In this document: piece after piece, positions 27,659 to 41,764 of the stretch
How positions within the stretch are numbered: the first letter of the stretch is position 1
Layout of the letters: every line of letters starts with the position of its first letter
Origin: Eledone cirrhosa
Lineage: Eukaryota
Assembly: GCA_964016885.1 (NCBI GenBank)
Contig: OZ024744.1
Location: 72,354,001 to 72,418,000, forward strand
Length of the DNA: 64,000 nucleotides
Direction of reading: 5' to 3'
Notes under the pieces: generated by a model
What the model was told of the DNA's origin: nothing
Database searches by the model: none
The model's input: only the letters and a program-made list of their open reading frames with translations
Position numbers and translations under genes: made by a program

Positions 27659-28476
27659 TTTCTTTATTTACCATAAAGGCATAAAAAGAAGGGACAAATA
27701 CAAAGGGGGAGTTTACATACAATCGAGTAAAAAGGGTATAAAATGAAAATAATCGAAAACAACCTCAAAAGGGAGGGGACGTGATGGGGGTTGCACACAC
27801 CCCCGAAAAAGTGTGCAATCCTTTGCCCGGGGAGCACATGGAGAAGGTGCTCCCCTCTCCTTCACTTCTTTACCTACAGGATGGTATGCAGAGAAGGCCC
27901 ATTTACACGAGCCATTCTCGCCACTATCACCCACCTTTCATAAAACTGCCTGTGGCCAAGCACCTCTCTCTCCATTCTTATCGTTCTTCCGAAGTGATAT
28001 CGGAAGAAGTAGACCAGACTATGGCCAGAGAGGAAGTTGCCTGACCTCAGACCTTTCAATCGTGTCCACCAAACAACCTCTTTCAACATGGCTATTACGC
28101 ACAGAAAAACCGCCTTTGCTTCCTTTTTGAAGAGGGGAGGCGGTTTGATTGTCATCACGGACTCGGCGGTCAATTGAATCGGCGTCACCCGCGACAGCAG
28201 TCGTTCGGCGTAGCCCCACAGATCAGCCACGCCCGGACATTGCATCAATGCGTGTGCAACGGTTTCTTCGTGACGCACGCATCTAGGGCAAATCTTTTTC
28301 GAGGGATGCCTGCCCGGGCGCCCGTGTCTGTAGAGCCTCTCTCGAACGGGTAGAGCCCCCCGGTAGCACTGCCAGGCTAGTGACTTCTGGAAGTTGTCCA
28401 TTGGTCCCGGGCCGAAAGTCCTACCGAACAGGCTGGCCAGTTCGTCCTCTTCCATGTCCAGCGACTCTCCAAGGGT
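27659..28476 (-). mobile_element. Tx1/L1-clade LINE 3' fragment in (GATA)n
   Basis: Zinc knuckle CPRC..HEETVAHALMQC, LPVRERL, LW; 3' UTR ending aataaagaaa; (GATA)n on both sides. Confidence 0.85.
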
Positions 28477-28536
<60 letters not shown>

Positions 28537-28588
28537 TGTTTCTTTATTAGCCACAGGGGCACAAAAGAAGGGGACAAATACAAAGGGG

Positions 28589-28631
<43 letters not shown>

Positions 28632-29054
28632 TCGGACAGAGAGACAGACAGACAGACAGACTGAGTGACAGAGAGACTAACAGACAAATATAAATTGTAA
28701 AAGGTGAAAAGTGCTTCAAAATCAAAGGGCGTGGTGATAGAGAATGGATGAGAGGAAACCCATATATAAGCTGAAAGTAACAATGATGGTTAACCGTTGT
28801 TGAAACCAAAAAGACATTTTTTTAATCTTTTTTCTTTTCTTTTTCTTTTAAGATAGCAGCGCAAAAGGTTAGATGGTAATAGTAGCGTTTGAAGTTATTT
28901 TCTAGTTGAAGGTCAAGTGTAGGCAATGTGTAGCATCAAAAGAATAACAAAAAAAAGACATCGTCTACATGTCTCTCTTTCTCATTCTCTCTCTCTCTTT
29001 CTCTCAAACACTCTCTCTCTCACACTCTCTCTCACACACTCTCTCTCTGTCACA

Positions 29055-29093
<39 letters not shown>

Positions 29094-29152
29094 TCTCTCT
29101 CTCTCACACTCTCTCTCTCACACTCTCTCTCTCACACTCTCTCTCTCACACA

Positions 29153-29184
<32 letters not shown>

Positions 29185-29213
29185 TTATCTCTCTCTCTAT
29201 ATATATATATATA

Positions 29214-29256
<43 letters not shown>

Positions 29257-30005
29257 CCCTCTCCCTCTCTCTCTCTATCTATCTATCTATCTATCTCTCT
29301 CTCTCTCTTATTCTCTCTTTTTCTCATTCTCTCTCTGTCTCTCTTTCTCTATCACTCTCTCTTTCTCTATCACTCTCTCTTTCTCTTTTTCTCTCGTCCC
29401 CACTCTCTCTCTCTCTCTTTCCCTATCCCACTTGCTCTCTCTCTTTCTCTTTTCTCTCTTTCTTTCCCCCTCTCATTCAGTGTATATATGTCTGTGTCTG
29501 TCTGCATGTCTCTCCGTCTCTCTCTATCTCTCTCTCTCTCTCTGTATTTATGCATGAATGTATGTATATGTGTGTGTATATGTATGTATATATGTATATA
29601 TATATATAAGTGTATATGTGTATGTATGTATGTATGTATGTATATATGTATATATGTATGTATATATGTATGTATATATGTATATATGTATATATGTATA
29701 TATGTGTGTGTATGTGTGTATGCATGTACGTGCCAGGAAATTGACCTGAGTAATTTTTAAAAAGCAGATTAACCAAATATATAATAGAATGCGGTAGTTC
29801 CAACTTGTTCACCTCGTTCATGGAATACATAATACAAGCATTCAACTTATATATAGCACTTTCCTTTGATAATGCAAATTAATTGATTTATAAGTAGTAT
29901 ATTTGGTAATTGATATCTGTTATTTGATCATAAATATGTGTGTTTGTGTGTTTGTGTGTGTTTATATATGTATGAGTATATCTATAAAAAACAACCATCT
30001 TATAT

Positions 30006-30132
<127 letters not shown>

Positions 30133-30980
30133 TATATATATATATATATGTGTGTATATATATATGTGTATGAATATATATATGTATATATATATACGTG
30201 AGTGTGTGTATATGTATGTATATGTATATATGTATATATGTATATATATATATATATATATAGTTACAACACTGACATATACAGGTACTTAAGTTTCGTT
30301 GGGTTATATACCCCAACTCATTCAGCCTGTTATAAAATCAAACATATGTGTGTGATAGCGTGTATGTGCGTGTATCTAATATAGAAATTAACTTTTGTGG
30401 GGATTTCAAACGAATGAAATGGTTCTAGTCTTGCAAAAGTCATTTCTATATTAAATAAATATGTACCTTCTCTACTAATGTATTGAATACCTTATTTAAT
30501 TGTGGTTTCTTTCCGTTTCTCTTGCTTGGCGAGGAAGCGAATTTTCGACACCCTGCAGGATGAAAAAGAAAACCCGTCTAATGGCGGAGGAACTCAGGAA
30601 GTTCAACGGCCATCCAGTAAAGTTTTGTGTGTGTGTGTGTGTGGAGCGAGAGACTCCTAGTCGTCATTTAGACATCTCTCTAGGAGAAGGTCACGTTGAT
30701 ATAAAACCGGCGACTTCGTTTGCATCTAAAGATGGAGACCAGTTCTACTTTTTTAGTAAATGTATTCGATATTCAGAGAGTGGGATTGGCCCCGTGCAAA
30801 GCCTTTCCTCACTTGCAAAATCTTCAAGCACAAGCCTCGTTTCATATGTAATATTTTTGGCGATGCATGGCATTGCTGGCCATAGGCAAGTCCCTAATAG
30901 GACTAAAGAGCCACGCTCGTGATACTCATGCTTAAGTATCAAGCAATGGCGTTGCACGAAATCGAGTTGCAGCCATCATC

Positions 30981-31025
<45 letters not shown>

Positions 31026-31689
31026 CATACATATATACATGTGCGTGTATGCTTGTGTATGTGCTTATGTATGTGTGTATGGAGATGTACATATGTGAGT
31101 GTGTATGCGTGCATGTAAAGATTTTTTTGTTGATATTACTATTTTTTAATCCTATTGGCGGGTGCCAGGAACATATATTAATATAAGTGAGCTTACATCT
31201 ATCTGTGGTAAGATTGGAAGTAACATTTGATAAATATAGTTTACTCAAGTCCGTGATAAATATTTTCCAGCCTAAAGTATCAAAACAGTGGTTTCATTTT
31301 TCTGTATTTATCTAATATATAACCGATAAACGCTGTGATATGTCACTCTTCATTTCTATATATTTGTTGTGGGGAATTTATTTGTGTCTAGGAAATTCAA
31401 ACCAGTGTTATCACATGATTCTGCGCCGTCGAATGAACCCATGCTGATATCGAAAGCACCAGTACTGTATATTTTTAGAAAGAAAGCTGTTTGCATAATA
31501 CTATATATATATATATATACATATATATAGTGGTAGAACACTGGAAGGTAATATCCGTAGTGGTAGAGCACTCAGTCCAAGCTACGAGCTAGGTAGAAGT
31601 GTCCACACGTCTGGAAACACCCCTTACATAACTACAAAGCTCCGGATTGAATTACAACAACATCCTAATTTTCTCATCAATTAGAAACT

Positions 31690-31870
31690 TTCGGACTTTC
31701 GCAGTTACCTCCCTTACACCTCTCGCACGCAATTTAGTATTGCCTGTGTGAAGTGATCGTTTCTGCGCATGCGCGTTCGTACGGTTGTCCTTCCTGTTCC
31801 GTATAACCATGTCCATTACGAGCTGAGGATCCGCTAAGGTGAAACAATTGTTCTCGGTATGGTGAACTAA
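31690..31870. promoter_or_regulatory. Candidate (bidirectional) promoter
   Basis: NRF1 motif TGCGCATGCGC 31764-31774, ETS-like CTTCCTG 31790, donor-like sites pointing outward (+ GTATGG 31857; - AG/GTAAC 31708). Confidence 0.45.
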
Positions 31871-31974
31871 CTGTTGTGTAACCACTTATATATTCACCAC
31901 CCCACTCTCAAGAGCGTGAAATTAATAAACATTCGTTGTACTGCCTCTCTGTTTTGTTCCTGTTCAAATTTTAC

Positions 31975-32049
<75 letters not shown>

Positions 32050-32588
32050 TTGTCGTCTGTAACGTGATGCGTGTAAGAACATTTGTTCTCACTAGTGAGT
32101 ATTGATTTCTTGACAGAGTAAAAACAATTAATAGAATCAAAATCCTGAATCATTGTTATTCTTAATATTTCTACAAAGATTATATGGATATATATGTGTG
32201 TGTAAGTGTGGCTCTATCTATGTTGGTGCATGTATGTCTGTGTGTCTGTGTGTCTATGTTTTTGTGTTTTGCGTGTGTGTTTGTGTGGAGTTTCTTAAAT
32301 GTTATTTTAAAAGATATTTTGCTTGCCTTCCAATATTTAATTCTTAATTAAATTTGTTTCGCTGGACATCTGCCGTGAAACTATGTTGAAGTAAATATTA
32401 GTGTATTTTGGCAGAGTCATTATTTTAATAAACACACGCAGAACAATTTCTTAGTAATCGTTCTGTTAACATCATTTGACCAACATCTATAACGTTATCA
32501 ATAGAAAATAATTTGTCAATGAGTTTTTCTTTTCATCTGACACAGACACACGCACGGACATATATATATGTATATATTATAGTTTAGA

Positions 32589-32785
32589 TAACGAAGGAAG
32601 TGTGGTAAGGAACCATATGGACCATAACGCACCAGAGTACTCAATACTTAGGGTAGTAGAGTAGGTAATAGGAAAATGTTTAACCCTGACGGCAGAGCTC
32701 AAGCCGTTTCGACGGCTATTTCTAGGTCCGGAAATAGCCGTCGAAATGGCTTGAGCTCTGCCGTCGGGGTTAAACATTTTCCTAT
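32589..32785 (-). mobile_element. Family B fold-back element
   Basis: Same architecture, turn at atttctaggtccggaaat. Confidence 0.85.
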
Positions 32786-32817
32786 ATTATATATATATGT
32801 ATGTGTGTGTGTGTATG

Positions 32818-32870
<53 letters not shown>

Positions 32871-33068
32871 GGGGGGGGGGAATAGGTAGATTTAGAGATG
32901 AATAAAACTGATAGACAGCGATACGTATATCACTGCGGTGCCCCTACTACTCTGACAGGATTCACAGGCCAATCATATTATCATATTGCATAGTGCGTGG
33001 CTGACGAACGAGATAAAGATAAATCTGTCCATTCGTCTTATGTAACTGAACATTTTATTCTGATACAG

Positions 33069-33118
<50 letters not shown>

Positions 33119-33239
33119 GAGAGATTTATACAAAATGTAGTTGTCATTTTCCTGTTTTCTTTTTTTTTCTTATTTTTTTGTTGTTTGTTGGGGGGGCGGG
33201 TCAGCTCTAATATTTCTTGAAGAATATTGATTATAATAA

Positions 33240-33400
33240 TTGTTTCTACTTTTGGGACAAGGCCAGCAATTACCCAGTGTATTACTGGTACTTTATTTTA
33301 TCGACCCCATAAGGATGAAAGGTAAAGTTAACCTCGGCGGGATTTGAACTCAGAATGGCAAGGGCCGTAACTCTATGCGTCAAAGCATGGCATCCGACAG
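33240..33400 (-). mobile_element. tRNA-derived SINE
   Basis: Same family as 44469. Confidence 0.8.
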
Positions 33401-33564
33401 AGTCGTAGGGTGTCGACCTGACATACAGCATGTGTCTTGGGCATTTTGAACCTGGCGAAGCGCATCCAGTTCTGAACATAGTCGATGACTTCAAGAAAAA
33501 GTGAAATAATTATACCCACAAAAACCCAATACTTGGTTAAACTCTCTCTTAAGCCAGAGGGTTT

Positions 33565-33815
33565 GTTAGGCCGGTGCTTATCCCGGTTTCACGGTATGAC
33601 TGAGAGTACAAGACTCCCTCTTGGACAGGACGCAAGTCCATCGCAGGATTAAACCCCCAGCTATTGCTCGTAATCATTTACATCTGAGAATACTGAAGTA
33701 ATATGAGATGAAATGTTTTGCTCAAGAACACAACACGCAACATAGCCCAGGAATCGAACCTATGGCATTATGATCGTAAGTCCAACATCCTTACCACTAG
33801 GCCATTCGCCTCCAA
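33565..33815 (-). mobile_element. tRNA-derived SINE (second family, V/CORE-like body)
   Basis: tggcctagtggtaag, ggttcgattcc, ctgcgatggacttgcgtcctgtcc. Confidence 0.65.
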
Positions 33816-35004
33816 TACTTGGCTGGTGATTATATATCAACTTTGAAAGAATGAAAGACAAACTTTACCTCGGGGGTCGGGGGAAATTTGAACTCTAAGT
33901 TCATTGAACCGGGACAAATACTGAAGCATATTTTTAATCCAATGCGCTAACGATTCTATCAATTTGCCACCCGATTATTTATTATATAATACATATAATT
34001 CCAGGATCTCAAATTGATATTTCACCTATATTAAAACTAAGCTATAACATTTTAGAAAGTGAAAAGTAAAAGTTAAGATTATCAATCATGCAGAGAAATT
34101 TTATATAAACAGTGTCAAGATATCCCATAGAGGATTCGTGTATATAGTTAAAAGCTATCACACGAAGATTTAATCTAAATAACTTTGATGTGTATGAGTA
34201 TGTGTGTGTGTTGGTGTGGTGTGGTGTGGTTTGGTGGGTTTGTATGGGGGGGTGTTAAGGTGTAGTTGTGTGGTGTGGTGTGGGCTGTATGGTGTGGCGG
34301 TGTGTATAGTGTGGTGTGTATGTGTGTTTCTGCATATGGTTGTTTGTATATATTCTGTGTGTACTCTGTGTGTATTCTACGTGTATTGCGTGTGTGTGTA
34401 TGTGTCGCGTGTATGTGTGTATGTGTGCGTGTATGTGTGTATGTGTGTATGTGTGTGTATGTGTGTGTGTGTGTGGGAAACGAATAAACATCTGTTCTAA
34501 AGACAACTTTCTACAAATATTTGTTAGTTATGTCTATTGTAGATTTAAGTTAGATGTTGCTCGGTTACTTAAAGACAAATAGGGAAACAGACAGACGGAG
34601 AAAAAGAAAGAAAGATATATAAATATGTAGGGGGAGGCTACTTTCCCTTGCTCTACTTTTTTTCTGCATCTATCTCGTTCGTTTGTTAATCCATCACGAA
34701 TTGATCCATCACAGTATATTCCGTTTCTTTTATCTCCTCGAACCTAAAGGAATGAATATGTTGTCAGACATGTGACACACCAACTCCATACAGACAATTT
34801 TCAATATTTCAAAAATGGTTTCTTATTTAGGCACAAGGCCAGCAATTTTTTAGGGAGGGGAAAGTCGATTAAATTGACCCCAGTGCGTGACTGGTACTAC
34901 AGTATATTCCATTTCTTTTATTTCCTCGAACCTAAAGGAATGAATATTTTGTCAGAAATGTGGCACACCAACTCCATACAGACAATTTTCAATGTTGCAA
35001 TAAT

Positions 35005-35215
35005 CGTTACTGATTTAGGCACAAGGCCAGAAATTTGAAGGGGAGGAGGGAAAGACGATTAAATCAACCCCAGTATATGACTGGTACTTTATTTTATCGA
35101 CCCCATAAGGATGAAAGGAAAAGCTAACCTCGACGGAATTCGAACTCAGAACGTAAAGAGCCGTAACTCTATGCTGTGACGTAATGTGTCCGACGCTCTA
35201 CCGATACTGCCCATC
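35005..35215 (-). mobile_element. tRNA-derived SINE
   Basis: Same family; partial copy at 34815-34900. Confidence 0.8.
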
Positions 35216-35729
35216 CATACCCAGTGTTGCAATAATAATTGGCGTTTGTGAAAAATTGTGACTATGGATGTGAAAAATAGCATAACCTTATAAAAATTCG
35301 ATGAGCCATGAAGATTCAATCGGACAGGCAATTGGATCATTCATGTCCACATTGTTTATACTCAATAAAGAGGAAAAGATGTGTTGACTAATCGATATTT
35401 CTTGTGTATTTGATACTACAGTGTAAGAAAAAACGCGAGAAAATAAAAATTGTACCAAGGCCTGATGCAAAATATCTGGAATAGCAACAAGTCATTAACT
35501 ACCCGATTGTTATAGGTACCTAAGGGACTGTAACTAGACTTTTAAATGGTTGGCTGAAGATGAGGGGTATAGAGGGGCATTCTCTGACTCTACAGAAGGC
35601 GTGTCTGCTTAGCACACAAAGAACTATAGGAATTGTACTAGATACCTGTGGCAGCAAAGAAACAATTACATGTCTAACAATCCAAATACTGGCAAAAGAG
35701 CAACGTAATGCTGAGGAAATAGAAATAAT

Positions 35730-35905
35730 AATTGTTACTACTTTTGGCACAAGGCCAGCAATTATCCCAGTGTATTACTGGTACTTTATTTTATCGACCC
35801 CGTGAGGATGAAAGCCAAAGTTAACCTCGGTGGGATTTGAACTCAGAACGTAAAGGACCGTAACTCTATGCTGCAGAGCATGGCGTCCGACTCTCTACCG
35901 ATATA
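35730..35905 (-). mobile_element. tRNA-derived SINE
   Basis: Same family as 44469. Confidence 0.8.
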
Positions 35906-35999
35906 ACAATAAATATATTTCTCTCCTTTTTCTGTTATTTCTCCTTTGGCTAAATCCTCGTGCACTGTTTTTGCCCTTATTTGTCATTTGACGCACTTG

Positions 36000-36210
36000 G
36001 GGTACAGTATTGATAGAGCGTCGGACAACATGTTTTGTGGCATAGAGTCACGGCCCTTTACTTTCTGAGTTCAGATCCTGCCGAAGTTAGCTTTGCCTTT
36101 CATCCTTACGGGGTTGATAAAATAAAGTACCAGTAATGCACTGAGGTCGATTTATTGGACTTTCCCCTTGCCTTTAAATTTCTGACCTTGTGCCTAAATC
36201 AGAAACAATT
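36000..36210 (+). mobile_element. tRNA-derived SINE
   Basis: Same family as 44469. Confidence 0.8.
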
Positions 36211-36649
36211 ATTATTATCATTATTGTTGTTCTTGTTCTTGTCATTGCTATTGTTGTTCAAATCCAGTCGAAGCCAAATTTGCTTTGCATACACTTCTAG
36301 AATCACTAAAATATGATACCAGATACGTACTGGGGTTGATATAGTCGACTGATCACTGTGTTTAAATTGATAAGGTGAACATGGTCCGATTGAATGAGCT
36401 TTCTCTGAATATGCGCCTGTAAATTAGAAGAGAACATCGAAGAGAGGGAACTTGTCTCAGCGGTCAAGGTTACCATGGTTTTTTATGGGCTTTCTTCATA
36501 GGTGACTTGATATGTTTTTATTTTAAATGTTTATTTTTTTTAGTCTTCTTTATAAACCTTTCCTTCACACAGAAAATCCACACTTTTACTGTCCTGTACT
36601 GTCCTTATTGTCTTCTTAATGTAAGCTCTGTGTGGCTAATAAAGAAACC

Positions 36650-36912
36650 ATTAAAGTACCAGTAATACACTGGTTAATAACTGGCCTTGTGCCAAAAGTA
36701 GAAACAATTATTATCTATTAAGTGGTGGATTGGCAGTATCGGTAGAGGATCGGATGCCATGCTTTGGAGCATAGAGTTACGGCCCTTTATGATCTGAGTT
36801 CAAATCCTGCCGAGGTTAACTTTGCCTTTCATCCTTACGGGGTCGATAAAATAATGTACCAGTAATACACTGAAATAATTGTTGGCCTTGTGCCAAAAGT
36901 AGAAACAATTAT
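36650..36912 (+). mobile_element. tRNA-derived SINE plus upstream 3' fragment
   Basis: Same family as 44469. Confidence 0.8.
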
Positions 36913-37009
36913 TATCTAGTAAAGTAAAGTTGCAGTTCATATTGTATAAAATTACTCTCACACTGGAATAATGATGGAAAGTGTATGTATGAGAGAGAGA
37001 AAGGGGGAG

Positions 37010-37112
<103 letters not shown>

Positions 37113-37362
37113 AAATGTGTGAGAGATGGCGTTGGTGTTGTTGGTGGTGGTGATGATGTGCCGAAATGCTTAAACCTACACTGCAACAAGTCTTTATAGA
37201 ATGGAGATAGTAAGAGTGTGATGGTATGAGAGAGAAAGTGCGAGAAAGAAAGAAAAAATAGAAAGAGAGATTGGGAGGCACAGAGAGAGAGAGAGAGAAA
37301 AGAGAGAGAGAGAGAGAAAAGGAGAGAGAGAAGAGAGAGAAAGAGAGAGAGAAGAGTGAGAA

Positions 37363-37433
<71 letters not shown>

Positions 37434-37885
37434 AAAAAAGAAGTAATTATTGGAAAAAAAATATTGTTTATTCGCAAAGTATGAGTAAAATATATTTGTG
37501 TGTGTGCGTGTTTGTGTGTCTGTGTGTCTGTTTATCTATGTATAACGTATACTTAAAATGACATATTGATCTTTAATACTTAGTGGTTATTTCAAATTAA
37601 ATTATTATTATTTTTATTATCATTCCATCATCATTTTTTCTTCTTTTTTCCTTCTTTCTCTCTCTCTCTAGCTTTTCCTTTCAATTTTCTTTTTAGTTTT
37701 GCTTCTGTCCGTTTATTTTATTAAATTTCTTTTTGCACTATAACGCTGTCCTCTGAGAATCAGATAAAATAATTTAGGAGCTTCTTGTAAGAACATAATC
37801 TTCGAACGTTCACATGCATCAGATATCCCTGGAGAATACACACACACACATACTGATATATAAATACTTATACATATATATATAC

Positions 37886-37916
<31 letters not shown>

Positions 37917-37921
37917 CATAC

Positions 37922-37974
<53 letters not shown>

Positions 37975-38056
37975 CACACATATATATATATATAAATATA
38001 ATATATATATATGTATATATACAAATACAAATGTATATATCTATCTATCTATCTAT

Positions 38057-38227
38057 CTAAGGCGGGTAAAATTTCCGAGATCCATGGACGAGTTCTCTCC
38101 AGCGGTCTGTCCCTCATTATCGCTGCCATGTCCCGCGTCTCCAACAGACCAGTGTCTGTCCTTAGGGCATCAACATACGTTAACCTTGGTCTTCCTCTTC
38201 TAGTGTGTCCATGTAGGGGCTCCCAAA
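38057..38227 (-). mobile_element. RTE LINE 3' end, second copy
   Basis: Near-identical to 26401-26573. Confidence 0.85.
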
Positions 38228-38444
38228 TGTATATATATAGACGTATATATGTATATATGTATATATAGATAAAATAATAATTGTTTCTATTTTATGGCAC
38301 AAGGCCAGAAAAATCCAGTGCATTACTGGTACTTTATTTTATCGACCCCGTGAGGATGAAAGGCAAAGTTAACTTCGGCGGGATTTATAATAATAATAAT
38401 AATATATATATATATATATCTACATACATACATATACATACATA

Positions 38445-38476
<32 letters not shown>

Positions 38477-38827
38477 CGTGTGCGTGTGTGCGTGCGCGCG
38501 TGTGTAAGTGTGTGTGCGCGTGTGTGCGCGCGTGTGTGTGTGTGTGCGTGTGTGTGTGTGTGTGTGTAAATGTGATAAGATATGTATAGCGATATATGTT
38601 ATGAAATGACGGATGGATTGTATTAACATGGTGGAGTCGTCTTTGAAAGAATGCAGGTCCAATCAAATCTCTATCGGAATAATGTAGTTGTAAATTTAAA
38701 AGATTTCGATCAAATAAAATCTTGAGACAATTTTTTTTTCGTACCTCCTCTACATATGTGTGTGTCTCTATCTATCCACCACTTACAATATATCTTTCTC
38801 ACACATAATTCCTATCTTTGTATATAT

Positions 38828-38871
<44 letters not shown>

Positions 38872-38978
38872 CAGCAATAGAACAGGTGATTATTTAAATC
38901 GTTTTTTTAATTAATTTGGAGAATTATTTGATAACCGCTTGCTCCGCTCTTTTTATATATATATATATATATAAACCT

Positions 38979-39010
<32 letters not shown>

Positions 39011-39122
39011 AGTGCGCGCGCGTGTGCCTGTGTGTATACATATTAATATGTGTATTAAGTACACTAGCTGCTTAACACATGATAATGGCCTTCAATATAT
39101 ATATATATATATATACATACAT

Positions 39123-39194
<72 letters not shown>

Positions 39195-39212
39195 AAAATA
39201 TGCACGTCTGTG

Positions 39213-39276
<64 letters not shown>

Positions 39277-39660
39277 CACAGACGTGCATATTTTCTTTTT
39301 CACATAATTCAACAATCATAGACATAAATCATTTGATATGATATATGCCAGACATTGGGGAAGAGATTGTGTAATCCACTAAAGCGACACCAGAGCGGAA
39401 TCTGAACATAAAAGGACGAAATACTGTCAGGCATTTTTTGTTCCGATTCTCAGTTCTCTCTTACTCTCAAACTCACTCTCCTTCTTTCATTACCTCTTTC
39501 TCCGACGCTCTCTCTCTCTCTCCCTCCCCCTCTCTCTCTCTCTCTTTTTATCTATTTATCTATCTATCTCTCACTCTCTCTCGCTCTCTATCTCTCTATC
39601 TATGTACCTCTCTCTCTATATATATTATATTTATATATCTCACTCACCCCTCTCTCTCTG

Positions 39661-39712
<52 letters not shown>

Positions 39713-39717
<5 letters not shown>

Positions 39718-39891
39718 TTGCGAGGTTTTTTATATGAAATCGTGTGTCGAAACAGATATTGTTATATTTGGGGAGGGTCATATTTGCGTAATATTGCCAG
39801 AATTAATAACAGAATAATAACCAACCAAACAGTGAGTGTGTTCTGTTATTAATTCTGGCAATATTACGCAAATATGACCCTCCCCAAATAT

Positions 39892-39899
<8 letters not shown>
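39713..39899 (-). mobile_element. Miniature fold-back copy of the 51.3-54.5 kb PLE (tail + pLTR end + inverted pLTR end)
   Basis: Near-identical to 51337-51438 and to 54408-54487; flanked by (TA)n. Confidence 0.9.
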
Positions 39900-39927
<28 letters not shown>

Positions 39928-41039
39928 TATAAGTTTGAAGAACAGTCAGACAAATTATTTCCAATTTTTCTTCTCCTCAGTCCGTAGAAATGAACTAGAT
40001 AAATAATCATTTAAACGGAGCTAAGTTTAAAATGTAACTTCGAAGAAATAACAGATAAATGTCACAGACTATCCCTTGTGAGGAACAGATAAAATTTACC
40101 AAGTCTTTCTTCTTAGCCCGTAGAAATTAACTAGACAAATAATCAATTAAACGGAGCTAAGTCTAAAATGCAAGTTTGAAGAAAAAATGTAAATAAACTT
40201 TACCAAAATCTTCTAGTCGCGACTATCGATACCTTCGCTCGTACTTTGTGGATATGTCCAATCCTGGTATTATCCGTGAGGTTTCGAGCTTCTCAAGAGA
40301 CTCCCTCAGTAGGACTAAAGTTTCTACACTGATCGCTGCCAGAAATGAATTCTAAAGGGGTGAATAACATCACGTGGCCAGCGGTCAAAGTAGAAGGGTG
40401 TGAAAAGTAGGCCGGATGGCAGGTAGGTTCGCTGCTAGAAGGAGCAGCTAGTTACTGCCTAAGGTTTACTCAACCGAAAGGGAGTATAGAATAAATTCAT
40501 AAGGATATATTTAGACATAGTCACAGATATATATATGAGTGTGGCCATCTTCTACGGTGTAGCTCAATGAAAAAAGTAATTAAGCAACTAATTATTAATC
40601 AGAGCTATATAAAATTATAAGTTTGAAGAACAGTCAGACAAAATATATTCAATTTTTCTTCTCCTTAGTCCGTAGAAATGTTCCCCCTCTACGCATCACT
40701 TTCTATGTGTGATTACGTCTGCTTGTCTAACTGGCCTTCTTCTCGTATTATATACGACTTAAATGGCGTACATTTAATTCCATACACGTAAGTTTTGTCT
40801 TAATACTCCAAGAGCAGTGTTTGACTACTTTTGTCAGACAATATGACTTCCCATGGACCAGCAGTACTGTAGGTAGTGGTCGAAAATGATACATCTATTT
40901 CGATAGCTGATCACCTCTGAGTTTCCTACATGTTTCTGATATTGCAATATATATATATATATATATATATATGGCAAGTAAGTATGTTTTGAAACAGTGA
41001 GCAGGTTTGAAATTAGAAAATAGAATAGCTTTCACCGTA

Positions 41040-41197
41040 TTTTTGACTAAAGAAATTTTAGCCTGATAATGGGGTTTAAAACCCTCAGATAAATGGAAAA
41101 AGATGAGTATTGACGTACATGTACGTCAATACTCATCTTTTTCCATTTATCTGAGGGTTCTAAATCCCATTATCAGGCTAAAACTTCTTTAGTAAAA
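41040..41197. repeat. Spacerless palindrome (~78-bp arms)
   Basis: Centre ...attgacgtacatgtacgtcaat... Confidence 0.9.
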
Positions 41198-41226
41198 AAA
41201 AAATATATATATATATATATATAATA

Positions 41227-41259
<33 letters not shown>

Positions 41260-41289
41260 CCAAAGATTAGTATGGTTCATTGATTACTC

Positions 41290-41545
41290 AACGAATACAA
41301 TATTACAATAGATTAGAAGCACTCAACAAAGGATTTTCCTGGAGTTTTTAATATTAATCAAAATGTTAACAAATAAAAAATATTCTCATAATCAAAATAT
41401 ATATTTTATTATACATATTTCAAAGGTACAATGGTGTTTAAGTACGTTTTCATCAGTAGTACCTTTCAAATATGTATAATAAAATATATATTTTTATATT
41501 TTAATTATGAGAATATTTTTCATTTGTTAAAATTTTGAATAATAT
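41290..41545 (-). mobile_element. Family A-related fold-back element turning at the hammerhead core
   Basis: Core 41418-41456; inverted arm restarts at 41459 inside stem II. Confidence 0.75.
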
Positions 41546-41764
41546 ATATATATATAATGTGCACATTTGCTATTATATATAACTAGGACCTGTAAATGTG
41601 GTTGACATGAGGAAAAACATCCTGCCGTAGAAATCAAACCAGAATTGTGTGTGTGTGGGGGGGGGTGCGCGCGTGTATGTATGTATATGTATACAGAATA
41701 TATCCGTATATGTGAAAAAGGAAAAAGGGAAACTGCTCAATAAGGAAGAGAACTGATATACATT

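Noticed and set aside
30660-30970. Unique-looking ORFs (140 aa +, 70 aa -)
   Set aside because: No recognisable domain or clear splice structure
39920-40680. Short direct duplications (39921-39991 / 40609-40680; also 34730-34800 / 34900-34990) as LTRs
   Set aside because: No TG..CA ends, PBS or TSD; ordinary local duplications
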